41,126 nt of DNA. Origin: an uncultured Mycoplasma sp. (GTDB taxonomy: Bacteria > Bacillota_I > Bacilli_A > RF39 > UBA660). The position numbers were made by a program, and so were the translations under genes. Positions 13,660 to 22,631 of this stretch are shown here, piece by piece. The stretch covers positions 1-41,126 of the forward strand of contig CAZIFN010000003.1 in the NCBI GenBank assembly GCA_964538205.1, written 5' to 3'. The notes beneath the pieces are model-generated. The model ran no database searches and was not told the DNA's origin. It saw nothing but the letters and a program-made list of their open reading frames with translations. Positions within the stretch are counted from its first letter, which is position 1, and every line of letters starts with the position of its first letter.

Positions 13660-14283
13660 ATGAAATTAAAAAAGAAATTTAAAATTATTCTTATAGTATT
13701 ATTAATAGTAATAATAGGAGTATTATGTTTCCTTGGTTATAATAAGTTCTTTAAAACTACAGTAGTAAAAGAAGCAAAAGTATTAAATACAATAGATGAA
13801 TATGGCTATGTTTTAAAAGATAACAAAAGTAAAGAATATCAAAGTTTATTTAAAGAACTAGCAAAAATATTAGAAAAAGACGAAGTTAACTATGAAGAAT
13901 ATGCAACAAAGTTAGCAGAAATGTTTATTGTAGACTTTTATTCACTTGAAGATAAAACTGCCAAAACAGATGTTGGTGGTGTGGATATAGTTCATCCTAA
14001 TGCCCTAAATAATTTTTTAGAAAATGCTGAGGATACATACTATAAATATGTTGAAAGTAATATCTATAATAATAGAAAACAAAATTTACCTAAAGTTGGA
14101 AAAGTAACAGTAGATAGTGTAGAACAAACACATTATACATATGAAAATACAACAGATGAAGAAGCATTCTCAATAAACATTAATTGGGATTATACAGATG
14201 AAGAATTTAAAGACTATCAAAGTAGTGCTAATTTAATATTTGTACACGTTGATAAAAAATTATACTTAGCAGAATTAAAATAA
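13660..14283 (+). CDS. Membrane-anchored hypothetical protein
   Basis: Single N-terminal TM; 1 nt downstream of ltaS. Confidence 0.65.
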   Translation: MKLKKKFKIILIVLLIVIIGVLCFLGYNKFFKTTVVKEAKVLNTIDEYGYVLKDNKSKEYQSLFKELAKILEKDEVNYEEYATKLAEMFIVDFYSLEDKTAKTDVGGVDIVHPNALNNFLENAEDTYYKYVESNIYNNRKQNLPKVGKVTVDSVEQTHYTYENTTDEEAFSININWDYTDEEFKDYQSSANLIFVHVDKKLYLAELK

Positions 14284-14288
14284 ACATC

Positions 14289-14325
14289 AAAAAAAGAGCC
14301 TTGTTTGACAAAGCTCTTTTTTTTT
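14289..14325. terminator. Bidirectional intrinsic terminator
   Basis: A-tract-GAGCCTTGT..ACAAAGCTC-T-tract between convergent genes. Confidence 0.8.
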
Positions 14326-16285
14326 ACTCATCAGGTTGTAAACTATTATCTTTTTCATTATCATCATTAGTATCATCAGAATTATCTTCCTCAGAAGAAC
14401 TGCTTTCATCATCATCTTCATCTTTTTCATCATCGTCATCCTTAACAGACACTTTAGAATCTTTAAGAGTTAAAACTACACTTCCATTAATTAAATCAAT
14501 TCTTTTTGCTTCTGGATAACTCTGTGCAACAACAACACCAGTATCATCACCATCAAAAGTAACTTTAACACCATATCTGCTAGCAACACTTCTAGCTTCT
14601 TGTTCATTATATCCTATAAAACTAGGTAACAGTTTATATAAACTAGAAGTCTTATAAGGTCCTTTACCAATAACTTCTTTTTCATATGTTTCATTAATAG
14701 AAAAACTAAATTCTTTAATAACAGTATGCTCTGCTAATTCTAAATTTTCTTTCATGGCTTGAACAACATCATTACGACTATTTTCATTAGGAATATAATT
14801 GTAAAGTACCATTCTCATTCTTTCATCATATATCATCTGACTATTACCAGCTAAATATAATTGTTGAATATTAATTAAATCAGCCTCATCAGAAGAAAGA
14901 CTCTTCTTTATAATATCTTTTGCTATATTATAAAAAGATAGCATTTGTTGAGTAGTTAAGTTAGTATCTAAACTATTAGAAACAGTATCTAAAATTTCCA
15001 TGAATTTACTAACACTAGAAATTGTTTTAATCTTATTAGCAAGGGCTATAATAATTTCTTGTTGATGTTGATTACGACCAAAGTCACCATTAACTAAAGC
15101 TTTTCTATTTCTTGCATAAACTAAAGCTTGTTCTCCATCTAACGTTTGTAAACCAGGTGTAATACATATCTGCCCATCACGAGAAGAATCATCAGTACAA
15201 AGAGTTTGTTCAACATTAATTTCAATACCATCAACAGCATTAACAAGTTTAACTAATCCTTTAAAGTTAATCTTTGCATAATAATCAATATTAATTCCTA
15301 AATACTCTTCAATAGTATTCATCATACAATCATTACCATATCCAGCAGCATGTGTAATTTTATTTTCAGCCTTACTAGACCAACAAGCAATAGGTACATA
15401 ACTATCTCTAGGAATAGATAACATTGTAGCATTAAGCGTTTTTGGATTAAAAGTAATTAAAATTAACGTATCACCATTCGCAACAGCATTTTTCTCTAAA
15501 ACTTCATCAGTAGAATCAATTCCCATTAAAAGTATTGTAAAAGGTTCAGTAACATCTTTACCATTAGATTCGGTTTCTACTTTAGAAGTAGCTGATTTTT
15601 TCATTTTCTTTTCTTTAGATATTATAATCTTTGTATCAGATTCAATTTCTTCATATCCAGATATAGTTTTAAACATAGGAGCATAGTCAGTAGGTAATAT
15701 AACAGCATCTATATCTTTAACATATAAATCAGTAATCATAGTTTGATAATCACTATAATCAACAATTTCATTTTCATCATATAATTTATTCTCTTTAATA
15801 ATTTCTTGTGGAATAATATATCCATCAGGAGAATCCTTACTATTTTTATCCAAAACACCAATTTTATAATCAACAATATCATTAATGTCCACAGCCTCAG
15901 TACTAGATAAAACAACTAAACTAGATGAATATAAAACTTGACTCTTATTCATATTACTTAATTTACCATATAAATAAAAAATAACTAGTCCTATAAATAA
16001 ACAAAAAATAGTATAAAGACTCATAAAAATAATATATCCAATTCTTTTAGAATGTTTTTTCTTAGGCCTCTTCTTACAAATACCTTTCGTTTTTAAAATT
16101 AAAATTAAATCAATAACTAATAAAATTCCAATAACAATATATCTAATCATATTTTCAATAGATTGCAGTGAAAATATTTCATATATGGCAAAAGCACTAC
16201 TTAATAAAGAAAGTGCAGTTAAAACTAATAATACTATTTTTAAAAATGACTTTTTCTTCTTTTCTTTAATCATATAAGCCTCCAA
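14324..16285 (-). CDS. LCP (LytR-CpsA-Psr) glycopolymer-peptidoglycan ligase, CpsA-like, with C-terminal PASTA domain and acidic tail
   Basis: 3 TMs; PFTILLMGID, GDTLIL, LSIPRDSYV, KITHA, YARNRK, GDFGRNQHQQ; PASTA-like LPSFIG..VVVAQS. Confidence 0.93.
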   Translation of the reverse strand: MEAYMIKEKKKKSFLKIVLLVLTALSLLSSAFAIYEIFSLQSIENMIRYIVIGILLVIDLILILKTKGICKKRPKKKHSKRIGYIIFMSLYTIFCLFIGLVIFYLYGKLSNMNKSQVLYSSSLVVLSSTEAVDINDIVDYKIGVLDKNSKDSPDGYIIPQEIIKENKLYDENEIVDYSDYQTMITDLYVKDIDAVILPTDYAPMFKTISGYEEIESDTKIIISKEKKMKKSATSKVETESNGKDVTEPFTILLMGIDSTDEVLEKNAVANGDTLILITFNPKTLNATMLSIPRDSYVPIACWSSKAENKITHAAGYGNDCMMNTIEEYLGINIDYYAKINFKGLVKLVNAVDGIEINVEQTLCTDDSSRDGQICITPGLQTLDGEQALVYARNRKALVNGDFGRNQHQQEIIIALANKIKTISSVSKFMEILDTVSNSLDTNLTTQQMLSFYNIAKDIIKKSLSSDEADLINIQQLYLAGNSQMIYDERMRMVLYNYIPNENSRNDVVQAMKENLELAEHTVIKEFSFSINETYEKEVIGKGPYKTSSLYKLLPSFIGYNEQEARSVASRYGVKVTFDGDDTGVVVAQSYPEAKRIDLINGSVVLTLKDSKVSVKDDDDEKDEDDDESSSSEEDNSDDTNDDNEKDNSLQPDE

Positions 16286-16406
16286 AAAAATTGCTAAATC
16301 ATACAGATAATATTATAACCAAAATTTATTAATATATCAAGTTATACCTAAAGTAATAAAAAAGATTTACACATTGTAATAGATTGTAATAGAAAGTAAA
16401 AAGTAA

Positions 16407-16423
16407 TGTAAAATCCTTGTAAA
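16407..16423 (+). promoter_or_regulatory. Putative WalR (YycF) box upstream of the autolysin gene
   Basis: TGTAAA-ATCCT-TGTAAA fits TGTWAH-N5-TGTWAH; extra TGTAAT hexamers at 16375 and 16385; TGCTATAAT at 16469-16477. Confidence 0.6.
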
Positions 16424-16508
16424 AAAAGAGTAAAATTAGATAAAGAACTTAAGTAAATATAATAAAACTGCTATAATATAATTGATATAATAGCGAAGAA
16501 GGTAAAAT

Positions 16509-19500
16509 ATGAAAAAAAATTTAATATTAATGTTATTTAGTTTACCTCTAATTTTAACTGTTCTAGATGTAAATGCTTTCTCATCAGCTGATTATAAAAA
16601 TCGAACTTTATGTGGAAATTATGAACTAGCTAGCTTCCATACCGATGGAGTTATTGAGACAGTTAGTTGTCATAGTACATATGAAGAAGCAAAAAGTGCT
16701 ATGGAAACTTCTGGCACTGAAGATCTAGCAATCATGACAAAAGTATCAGGAGAGGCAAAAATATTAGATTGCAATGTAGGTCTTTTAGATATGAGTGTAA
16801 ATCCAACTGCCAATACATATTTTTATAGACAAAGTGATTTAAAAAATCAATTAACATATATGGATACAGGTTCTCTATACGGAGGTGTTGATGCCGCGTT
16901 AATAGAAACACAGTACAATAGTACCAAAGGAGTCTGGGTTGCTAAAGTAAGAATTGGTAATAGTACTTCCTGGGTAAGACAAGAAGCATATGAAGTAGTT
17001 CCAATAACCTGGGTAAAATCAATGAGTTCATATACAGTAACTAATGAATATATAAAACATAATTACGTAAATAAAATTCAAGAATACTATACAGGTAGTA
17101 GAGGAAGTATCATTGGCCCTAAACCTGAAATGTTATCACCAGGAACTTATTATAGTTATGACGGTCACTATTTTTATACTGATATAAAAGTATTGATTAA
17201 AGATTATAAGAATAATACATATAATAATTCTATAAATAAAGATAGTCCATATTACAATTACTATATGTATTTATCTAATCATACTAAAACAACATACTCA
17301 AGTATAAATATTGATGAATATCTTAGAAATAATTTAAGTATTACCAAAGATGCTTATGGAAAATATGTCTCTGGTACAGTAAATAAAGGATCTAGACTTT
17401 ATCAAACAGGTGCATTTTTCTATAATGCTCAAGAAAAATATGGTGTAAATGCTATTCTTTCACTAAGCTTAAGTAGAAATGAAACTGGTAATGGAAAAAG
17501 TAAATTAGCAATTGAGAAAAATAATGGCTTTGGCTTAAATGCTGTTGATAGTAATCCTTATCATGCTGCAGACTGGTATACTAGTTTTAGAGCAAGTATT
17601 CTAGGATATGCATCAAAATGGGTAACCTATGGTTATGCCGATCCAACAGATTATAGGTACTTCGGTCCTCAATTTGGAGATAAAGGAACAGGTATGAATG
17701 TTAAATATGCATCAGATACATACTGGAGTGAAAAAATGGCCGCTAATTACTATAGTTTTGATAAAGCTAAAGGCCTACAAGATTATAACTATTATCAATT
17801 AGGAGTAGTTACACAACCAGTAGATGCTAAAATATCAGCTAGCACAAGCTCAAAAACAATTTATACTTATCCAGAAGCTGAAGACGCAGTTGTAATAGTT
17901 GGAGAACAAAAAGGAACTTCAGTTAACGGTAACACTACTTGGTATAAAATAATGAGTGACTTTAATCTAGATAAAAATAATAACATATTATATTCAGGAG
18001 ATTATAACTGGGATAGTTATGTATATGTACCAGCCGCTTATGTAAAAAAAATAAATCAAAGTAAATCCGGCTATGTATCACCAGAAGAAGTAACAGAATA
18101 TGTAGATAGTAAATATACATATGATTTATATGATACTAATAATGAATTTTCTCCAAAGGTAGCAAAAACTACTAAAAAAACAGATTATTATTATGAATCA
18201 TCTCTTCAAACAAAAAAAGGAATAAGTATTTTAAAAGATAAGTATGTCATGGTATATGCAGCTACTTATAATGAAAATAATGAAATTATATCATACCTAA
18301 TAACATCGGATTATTTCTATGATCAAAAAGACTGGGTATCTGCAGATAGCTTAGACTTTATAAGTGCTGAATATGCCTATGTAACTATGTCTACAGCTGG
18401 CAATTATTATACCTGGGTTAATTCAGTACCAGAAGATACCGAAGCAACTAAAATATCAGGACACTATAATAATTCTTATGTTCCAATTTTAGAAAAGAAA
18501 GAAGTATCAGGTCAACTATGGTATAAAGTTCCAGTAAGCTTATCTTCAACAACTAATGCCTATGGTTGGACACTAGCTCAAACAGAAGATGCAACATTTA
18601 CTTTATCAACAGTAACTGTGGAAAACCAAGCTCCAGAAATCAAAGCTGTTGATAAAACGATTGTTCAAGGAACTAAAATAGATTTATTAGACGGTGTAAG
18701 TGCAACAGATAAAGAAGATGGAGAGTTAGAAGTAAAAGTTCTAAACTCCAACTTAGATATTGATAAAGTAGGAACTTATCAAGTAACATATCAAGCAACA
18801 GATAGTAAAAACAAATCAACAGAAAAAACAGTAACCATAACAGTAACTGAAAATAAAAAACCAATTATAACAGCAAAAGATAAAATTATAACAAAAGGCC
18901 AAAAGTTTGATCCTAAAAAAGATGTAGAAGCAACAGATGAAGAAGACGGCAAATTAGAAATAACAGTTCTATTAAATGAAGTTAATGTAAATGAACTAGG
19001 TACATATAAAGTAACATACCAAGTAACCGACAGTTATAATCAAACAGTAGTAAAAACAATTAATGTTACAGTAGTTTCTAATCAACTACCAGAGATAAAA
19101 GCTCAAAATAAAATCATTTATTTAAATGAAGAATTTGACGAAAAAAAAGATGTAGAAGCAATAGATGAAGAAGATGGAAATATAACAGACAAGATAAAAA
19201 TAAAAGAAACAACTGTTAATACCACAAAAATAGGTGAATACAAAATAATATATGAAGTAACAGATTCTTATGGTGACACTGTAACAAAAGAAATAAAAGT
19301 AACAGTAACAGAAAAAAAATTAAAAGAAACAACAGGTAACTTTTACTTTGATTATCTAAAAGAAGTTGATAATAATCTACAATTAAGAGGTTACCTAACA
19401 GTCAATGGTATGAATAATACTTTAGATGAAAAAATAACATACAAAATTATTTTTGAAGATGAATTAGGTAATACATATGAACAAAAAGCTATTAGAATTA

Positions 19501-20249
19501 CTGATTTATCAGATATTAAAAGACCAATAACATCAACAGATAATTATAAATATACACATGCATGGTTTTATATAAATATTGATATAGATAAATTAAATAA
19601 TGCAAACTATGTAATGTATGTGGTTGCTGAAAGTGATAAAACTTATTCAAAAGTATTAGTAAATAACAAGTTATATAAAACAGAAATAACTGGCTATAAA
19701 ACAAAAAATAAAGTTGTAAATATAAAAAATAATTATGGTAATAAAACTTCAGCAGTAACTTTATACATTAGAGATGATCAGCCAATGAAAAACGTTGGTA
19801 GTTATTATAATCAATTTGATGTATGGAGAACATTAGAATTTACAAATAATAAACTACATATAAAAGGTGCTTCTTATTCATACGGTATGAACTTAGCTAT
19901 TTTATCAAAAGTAGAAAGAAAAATAATCTTTGAAAATAAAGAAACATTAAAAACATACACATTCAATCTTAATAGTATAACAAATGGACTATATAAAGTT
20001 GCTTTACCAGAATCCGATAACTTAGATAAAACAAGAGCTTGGTATGATGCAACAATAGATATAAGTAAATTAGAAAAAGGTACTTATTCAATATTTATCA
20101 CTACAACATCTAATCTAACTGATATTTCAGAACTAAATGATAATTTAAGAAGAAGCTTAACAGATAAAAATGCAATTATAAATAACAAGAATTATCAACT
20201 AAAATTAGATACAAAAAATGGTAATAATATTGAACTAATAGTTAGTTAA
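16509..20249 (+). CDS. Secreted multidomain peptidoglycan hydrolase: GH73 glucosaminidase (LytB-like), SH3-like regions, 3 Ig-like repeats, duplicated C-terminal domain
   Basis: Signal peptide; AQEKYGVNA..NETGNGKS..KNNGFGLNAVDSNP..YASDTYWSEK. Confidence 0.88.
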   Translation: MKKNLILMLFSLPLILTVLDVNAFSSADYKNRTLCGNYELASFHTDGVIETVSCHSTYEEAKSAMETSGTEDLAIMTKVSGEAKILDCNVGLLDMSVNPTANTYFYRQSDLKNQLTYMDTGSLYGGVDAALIETQYNSTKGVWVAKVRIGNSTSWVRQEAYEVVPITWVKSMSSYTVTNEYIKHNYVNKIQEYYTGSRGSIIGPKPEMLSPGTYYSYDGHYFYTDIKVLIKDYKNNTYNNSINKDSPYYNYYMYLSNHTKTTYSSINIDEYLRNNLSITKDAYGKYVSGTVNKGSRLYQTGAFFYNAQEKYGVNAILSLSLSRNETGNGKSKLAIEKNNGFGLNAVDSNPYHAADWYTSFRASILGYASKWVTYGYADPTDYRYFGPQFGDKGTGMNVKYASDTYWSEKMAANYYSFDKAKGLQDYNYYQLGVVTQPVDAKISASTSSKTIYTYPEAEDAVVIVGEQKGTSVNGNTTWYKIMSDFNLDKNNNILYSGDYNWDSYVYVPAAYVKKINQSKSGYVSPEEVTEYVDSKYTYDLYDTNNEFSPKVAKTTKKTDYYYESSLQTKKGISILKDKYVMVYAATYNENNEIISYLITSDYFYDQKDWVSADSLDFISAEYAYVTMSTAGNYYTWVNSVPEDTEATKISGHYNNSYVPILEKKEVSGQLWYKVPVSLSSTTNAYGWTLAQTEDATFTLSTVTVENQAPEIKAVDKTIVQGTKIDLLDGVSATDKEDGELEVKVLNSNLDIDKVGTYQVTYQATDSKNKSTEKTVTITVTENKKPIITAKDKIITKGQKFDPKKDVEATDEEDGKLEITVLLNEVNVNELGTYKVTYQVTDSYNQTVVKTINVTVVSNQLPEIKAQNKIIYLNEEFDEKKDVEAIDEEDGNITDKIKIKETTVNTTKIGEYKIIYEVTDSYGDTVTKEIKVTVTEKKLKETTGNFYFDYLKEVDNNLQLRGYLTVNGMNNTLDEKITYKIIFEDELGNTYEQKAIRITDLSDIKRPITSTDNYKYTHAWFYINIDIDKLNNANYVMYVVAESDKTYSKVLVNNKLYKTEITGYKTKNKVVNIKNNYGNKTSAVTLYIRDDQPMKNVGSYYNQFDVWRTLEFTNNKLHIKGASYSYGMNLAILSKVERKIIFENKETLKTYTFNLNSITNGLYKVALPESDNLDKTRAWYDATIDISKLEKGTYSIFITTTSNLTDISELNDNLRRSLTDKNAIINNKNYQLKLDTKNGNNIELIVS
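18621..19315 (+). repeat. Three tandem ~77-aa Ig-like (DUF5011-type) repeats in the autolysin
   Basis: NQAPEIKA/NKKPIITA/NQLPEIKA..AxDxEDG..GxYxxxYxxTDS repeated three times. Confidence 0.85.
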
Positions 20250-20257
20250 AAGATATC

Positions 20258-20286
20258 TTGTAAAACTCTTTCACATATGATACTAT
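20258..20286 (+). promoter_or_regulatory. Sigma-A promoter of putative antitoxin sRNA
   Basis: TTGTAA-17 bp-TACTAT with TG extension; no ORF downstream on this strand. Confidence 0.7.
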
Positions 20287-20292
20287 AAATAT

Positions 20293-20391
20293 GCAAGGAA
20301 ACTTGTAAAAAAGAGGAACATTTGACTTACAAGCGAATGTCTCCTCCTATAGGGTTATGACACTCGAGTAATGAAGAGTGTCTATTTTTTT
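20293..20391 (+). ncRNA. Putative type I antitoxin antisense sRNA (~100 nt)
   Basis: Hairpins GCAAG-GAAA-CTTGT, GAGGAACATT..AATGTCTCCTC and terminator GACACTC..GAGTGTC plus T-tract; convergent with and overlapping the 3' end of the peptide mRNA. Confidence 0.65.
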
Positions 20392-20474
20392 ATTACTAAA
20401 ATAAGTAGAGTAGAAAGTAATAAAATAAAACAAGAAAGTTTTAGAACTTTTATAATAAAAGTTTTAGTCTTCAT
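20382..20474 (-). CDS. Putative type I toxin, 30-aa hydrophobic peptide MKTKTFIIKVLKLSCFILLLSTLLILVIKK
   Basis: Not in the ORF track; AAGGAGGT SD; single TM helix with basic ends; own promoter and terminator. Confidence 0.75.
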   Translation of the reverse strand: MKTKTFIIKVLKLSCFILLLSTLLILVIKK

Positions 20475-20536
20475 TCTTATCTACCTCCTTTCTTAAAAAA
20501 GATGGAGATCGACACTCAATCAAATGTTCCGAAAGG

Positions 20537-20565
20537 ATTATATAATATAAAAAATAAAAGTACAA
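20537..20565 (-). promoter_or_regulatory. Sigma-A promoter of the small peptide gene
   Basis: Minus strand TTGTAC-17 bp-TATAAT; predicted TSS about 20530. Confidence 0.75.
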
Positions 20566-20577
20566 ACGACCAAAAAT

Positions 20578-20610
20578 AAAAATTCATACCATTAACAAGT
20601 ATGAATTTTT
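20578..20610 (-). terminator. Terminator of the PASTA-repeat gene
   Basis: AAAAATTCATAC..GTATGAATTTTT, 12-bp stem. Confidence 0.75.
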
Positions 20611-20619
20611 AATTTCATC

Positions 20620-22485
20620 TTAACTAACAATTGTTAAATATATAGTATCACATGGAGTTAAATCTAAACCATCATAAGTATTTGCATTACATACAGAACC
20701 AGAAACTGAGTCTCCGTTGTTGCAACTATCAACAAAATTCGCAACAATTGTAAATCCTGGATTACCAGACTTAGTAGCACTTAAAGTTTGAGAACCTGTT
20801 TGACCAGATTGAATCCAAAATGTTACTTTTTTACTTCTATCACAAGTAGGAGTAGGTGTAGAAGAACTACTACTAGAACTATTACCAGAACTACTACTAG
20901 GAGCTTTTCCTTTACTTACAGTAATCGTAATCGTTGTTCCAACAGAGACTGTAGCTCCAGAACTTATTGATTGACTAATAACATTTCCCTCATTAACACT
21001 ATCACTATATTTATATACAATACCATAATTTAATGAAGCATTTTTTAACTTATTAATAGCTGAATTTTTACTTATACCTTTAACATTAGGAACAGTTACT
21101 TTCTTACCATCAGAAATAGTTACAATTATAGTATCTCCATTTTTAATTACTTCACCAGTAGCATAAGAATATTTAATAACCTCACCAATGGAAACATCAT
21201 CACTAAATTCATGTTCTTCTTCATAATTAATATTATATTTTAAAGCCCATGTTCTAAACTCATTTAAATCTTTAAACTCTGGCATCTTAAGTTTTCCCTT
21301 AGAAAGAGTAATTGTAATAATAGTTCCTTCACTAACAGCATCACCCTTATTATGACTAGCAGAAACCACAGAGTTTTCCTTTACACTTTCATCATAAGAG
21401 TCCTTAAATTCGACTTTTAATTTATTCTTAATTATCCAATCAGTAATCTCTGTCACACTCATCTTTTTAAAATCAGGAATAATGATTTTTTTACCCTTAC
21501 TAATTACAATTTTCAAAATAGTAGAATCATCATCTATAGAAATATTAGTACCAGCTTTAATACTTTGACTAATTACATTACCAGATTTAATCTTATCAGA
21601 AAAGTCATAACTAATTTCATATTTTATACCATATTTCTTTAAATAAAATAGAGCTTCAAGTTTACTTTTATTCGTTAAGTCACTTAACTTAACTTCACTA
21701 TATCCTCTTTCTTCTCCATAAGAGAAAGTAAACTTTATTTCTTCATTTCTTTTAACGTTACCTGATTTACTTTGTTCAATAAGTGTATTTTCCTTCTCTT
21801 CAGATTGAACAAATTCAACTAATATATTACTCAAATAATTATCATTAATATATTTTAAAACATCTTCGCTTTCCCAACCAAGCATGTTAGGTAAAATAAT
21901 TTCCTTCTCCGGGTTAGGACCTTCACTAACTATAACTGTAACCTTATTAACATCCTTTAATTTAGTTCCAACTTTAACATCTTGATAAATAATATGATAC
22001 TCATCAATAACATCACTATATTCATATTCTTGTTCTAAAGATATCTTATTATTAGTAGACCAAGAAATAGCACTAGTTAAACTTTTACCAACTAAATTAT
22101 CCATAACTTTAATACTTGGCAACTTAATAATATTAAATAACAGCAAAGAACCAAGAACTTGATATATGAAAAGTATTAGTAAAGCTAAAACATTAGTAAA
22201 TTTCTTCTTACTAGGATTTGTAATACTAACAGATACAAAAAACATAGTAAATAAAAATAACAATAAAGCTAATATAATATCTTTTAAATTTTCAACCTTA
22301 ATAATTGTTGTAATAAGATAACCTAAACAACTAATAATTGTAAGAATAACTAAAATATTAATTAAAATATTATGTTTCTTTTTCTTAGTATCATGATTAT
22401 CAATTTTTTTAATTAATTCATCATCCTTATTTAAAACTTTTTTTTCAGTAGTAACTTCTTTTTTCTTTTTCTTACTTTTCGCCAA
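20620..22485 (-). CDS. Membrane protein with multiple PASTA repeats and no catalytic domain
   Basis: 3 TMs, then about 6 PASTA-like units (e.g. VPNVKG..YSDSVNEGNVISQS), Ser-rich linker, Cys-containing end; TTG 22485 preferred as start (GAGGTG SD). Confidence 0.85.
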   Translation of the reverse strand: MAKSKKKKKEVTTEKKVLNKDDELIKKIDNHDTKKKKHNILINILVILTIISCLGYLITTIIKVENLKDIILALLLFLFTMFFVSVSITNPSKKKFTNVLALLILFIYQVLGSLLLFNIIKLPSIKVMDNLVGKSLTSAISWSTNNKISLEQEYEYSDVIDEYHIIYQDVKVGTKLKDVNKVTVIVSEGPNPEKEIILPNMLGWESEDVLKYINDNYLSNILVEFVQSEEKENTLIEQSKSGNVKRNEEIKFTFSYGEERGYSEVKLSDLTNKSKLEALFYLKKYGIKYEISYDFSDKIKSGNVISQSIKAGTNISIDDDSTILKIVISKGKKIIIPDFKKMSVTEITDWIIKNKLKVEFKDSYDESVKENSVVSASHNKGDAVSEGTIITITLSKGKLKMPEFKDLNEFRTWALKYNINYEEEHEFSDDVSIGEVIKYSYATGEVIKNGDTIIVTISDGKKVTVPNVKGISKNSAINKLKNASLNYGIVYKYSDSVNEGNVISQSISSGATVSVGTTITITVSKGKAPSSSSGNSSSSSSSTPTPTCDRSKKVTFWIQSGQTGSQTLSATKSGNPGFTIVANFVDSCNNGDSVSGSVCNANTYDGLDLTPCDTIYLTIVS

Positions 22486-22631
22486 AAGAATCACCTCTAT
22501 CCTATATATAATTATATAATAAAATATGTAAAATATAAACATTAACCAGAATGTGCTATGTCAAAGAATGTCCATTTGACTAACAAAGTTATAAATGCTA
22601 TTATGTAAGTATAAAGCAATAGAGGGATAAA

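Noticed and set aside
14324-14445. TCA/TCT-rich low-complexity tract
   Set aside because: Encodes the acidic Asp/Glu/Ser tail of the LCP protein and is not an independent repeat element
20293-20391. Structured RNA considered as a riboswitch or tRNA
   Set aside because: No downstream same-strand gene, no cloverleaf or known aptamer consensus; an antisense arrangement explains it better
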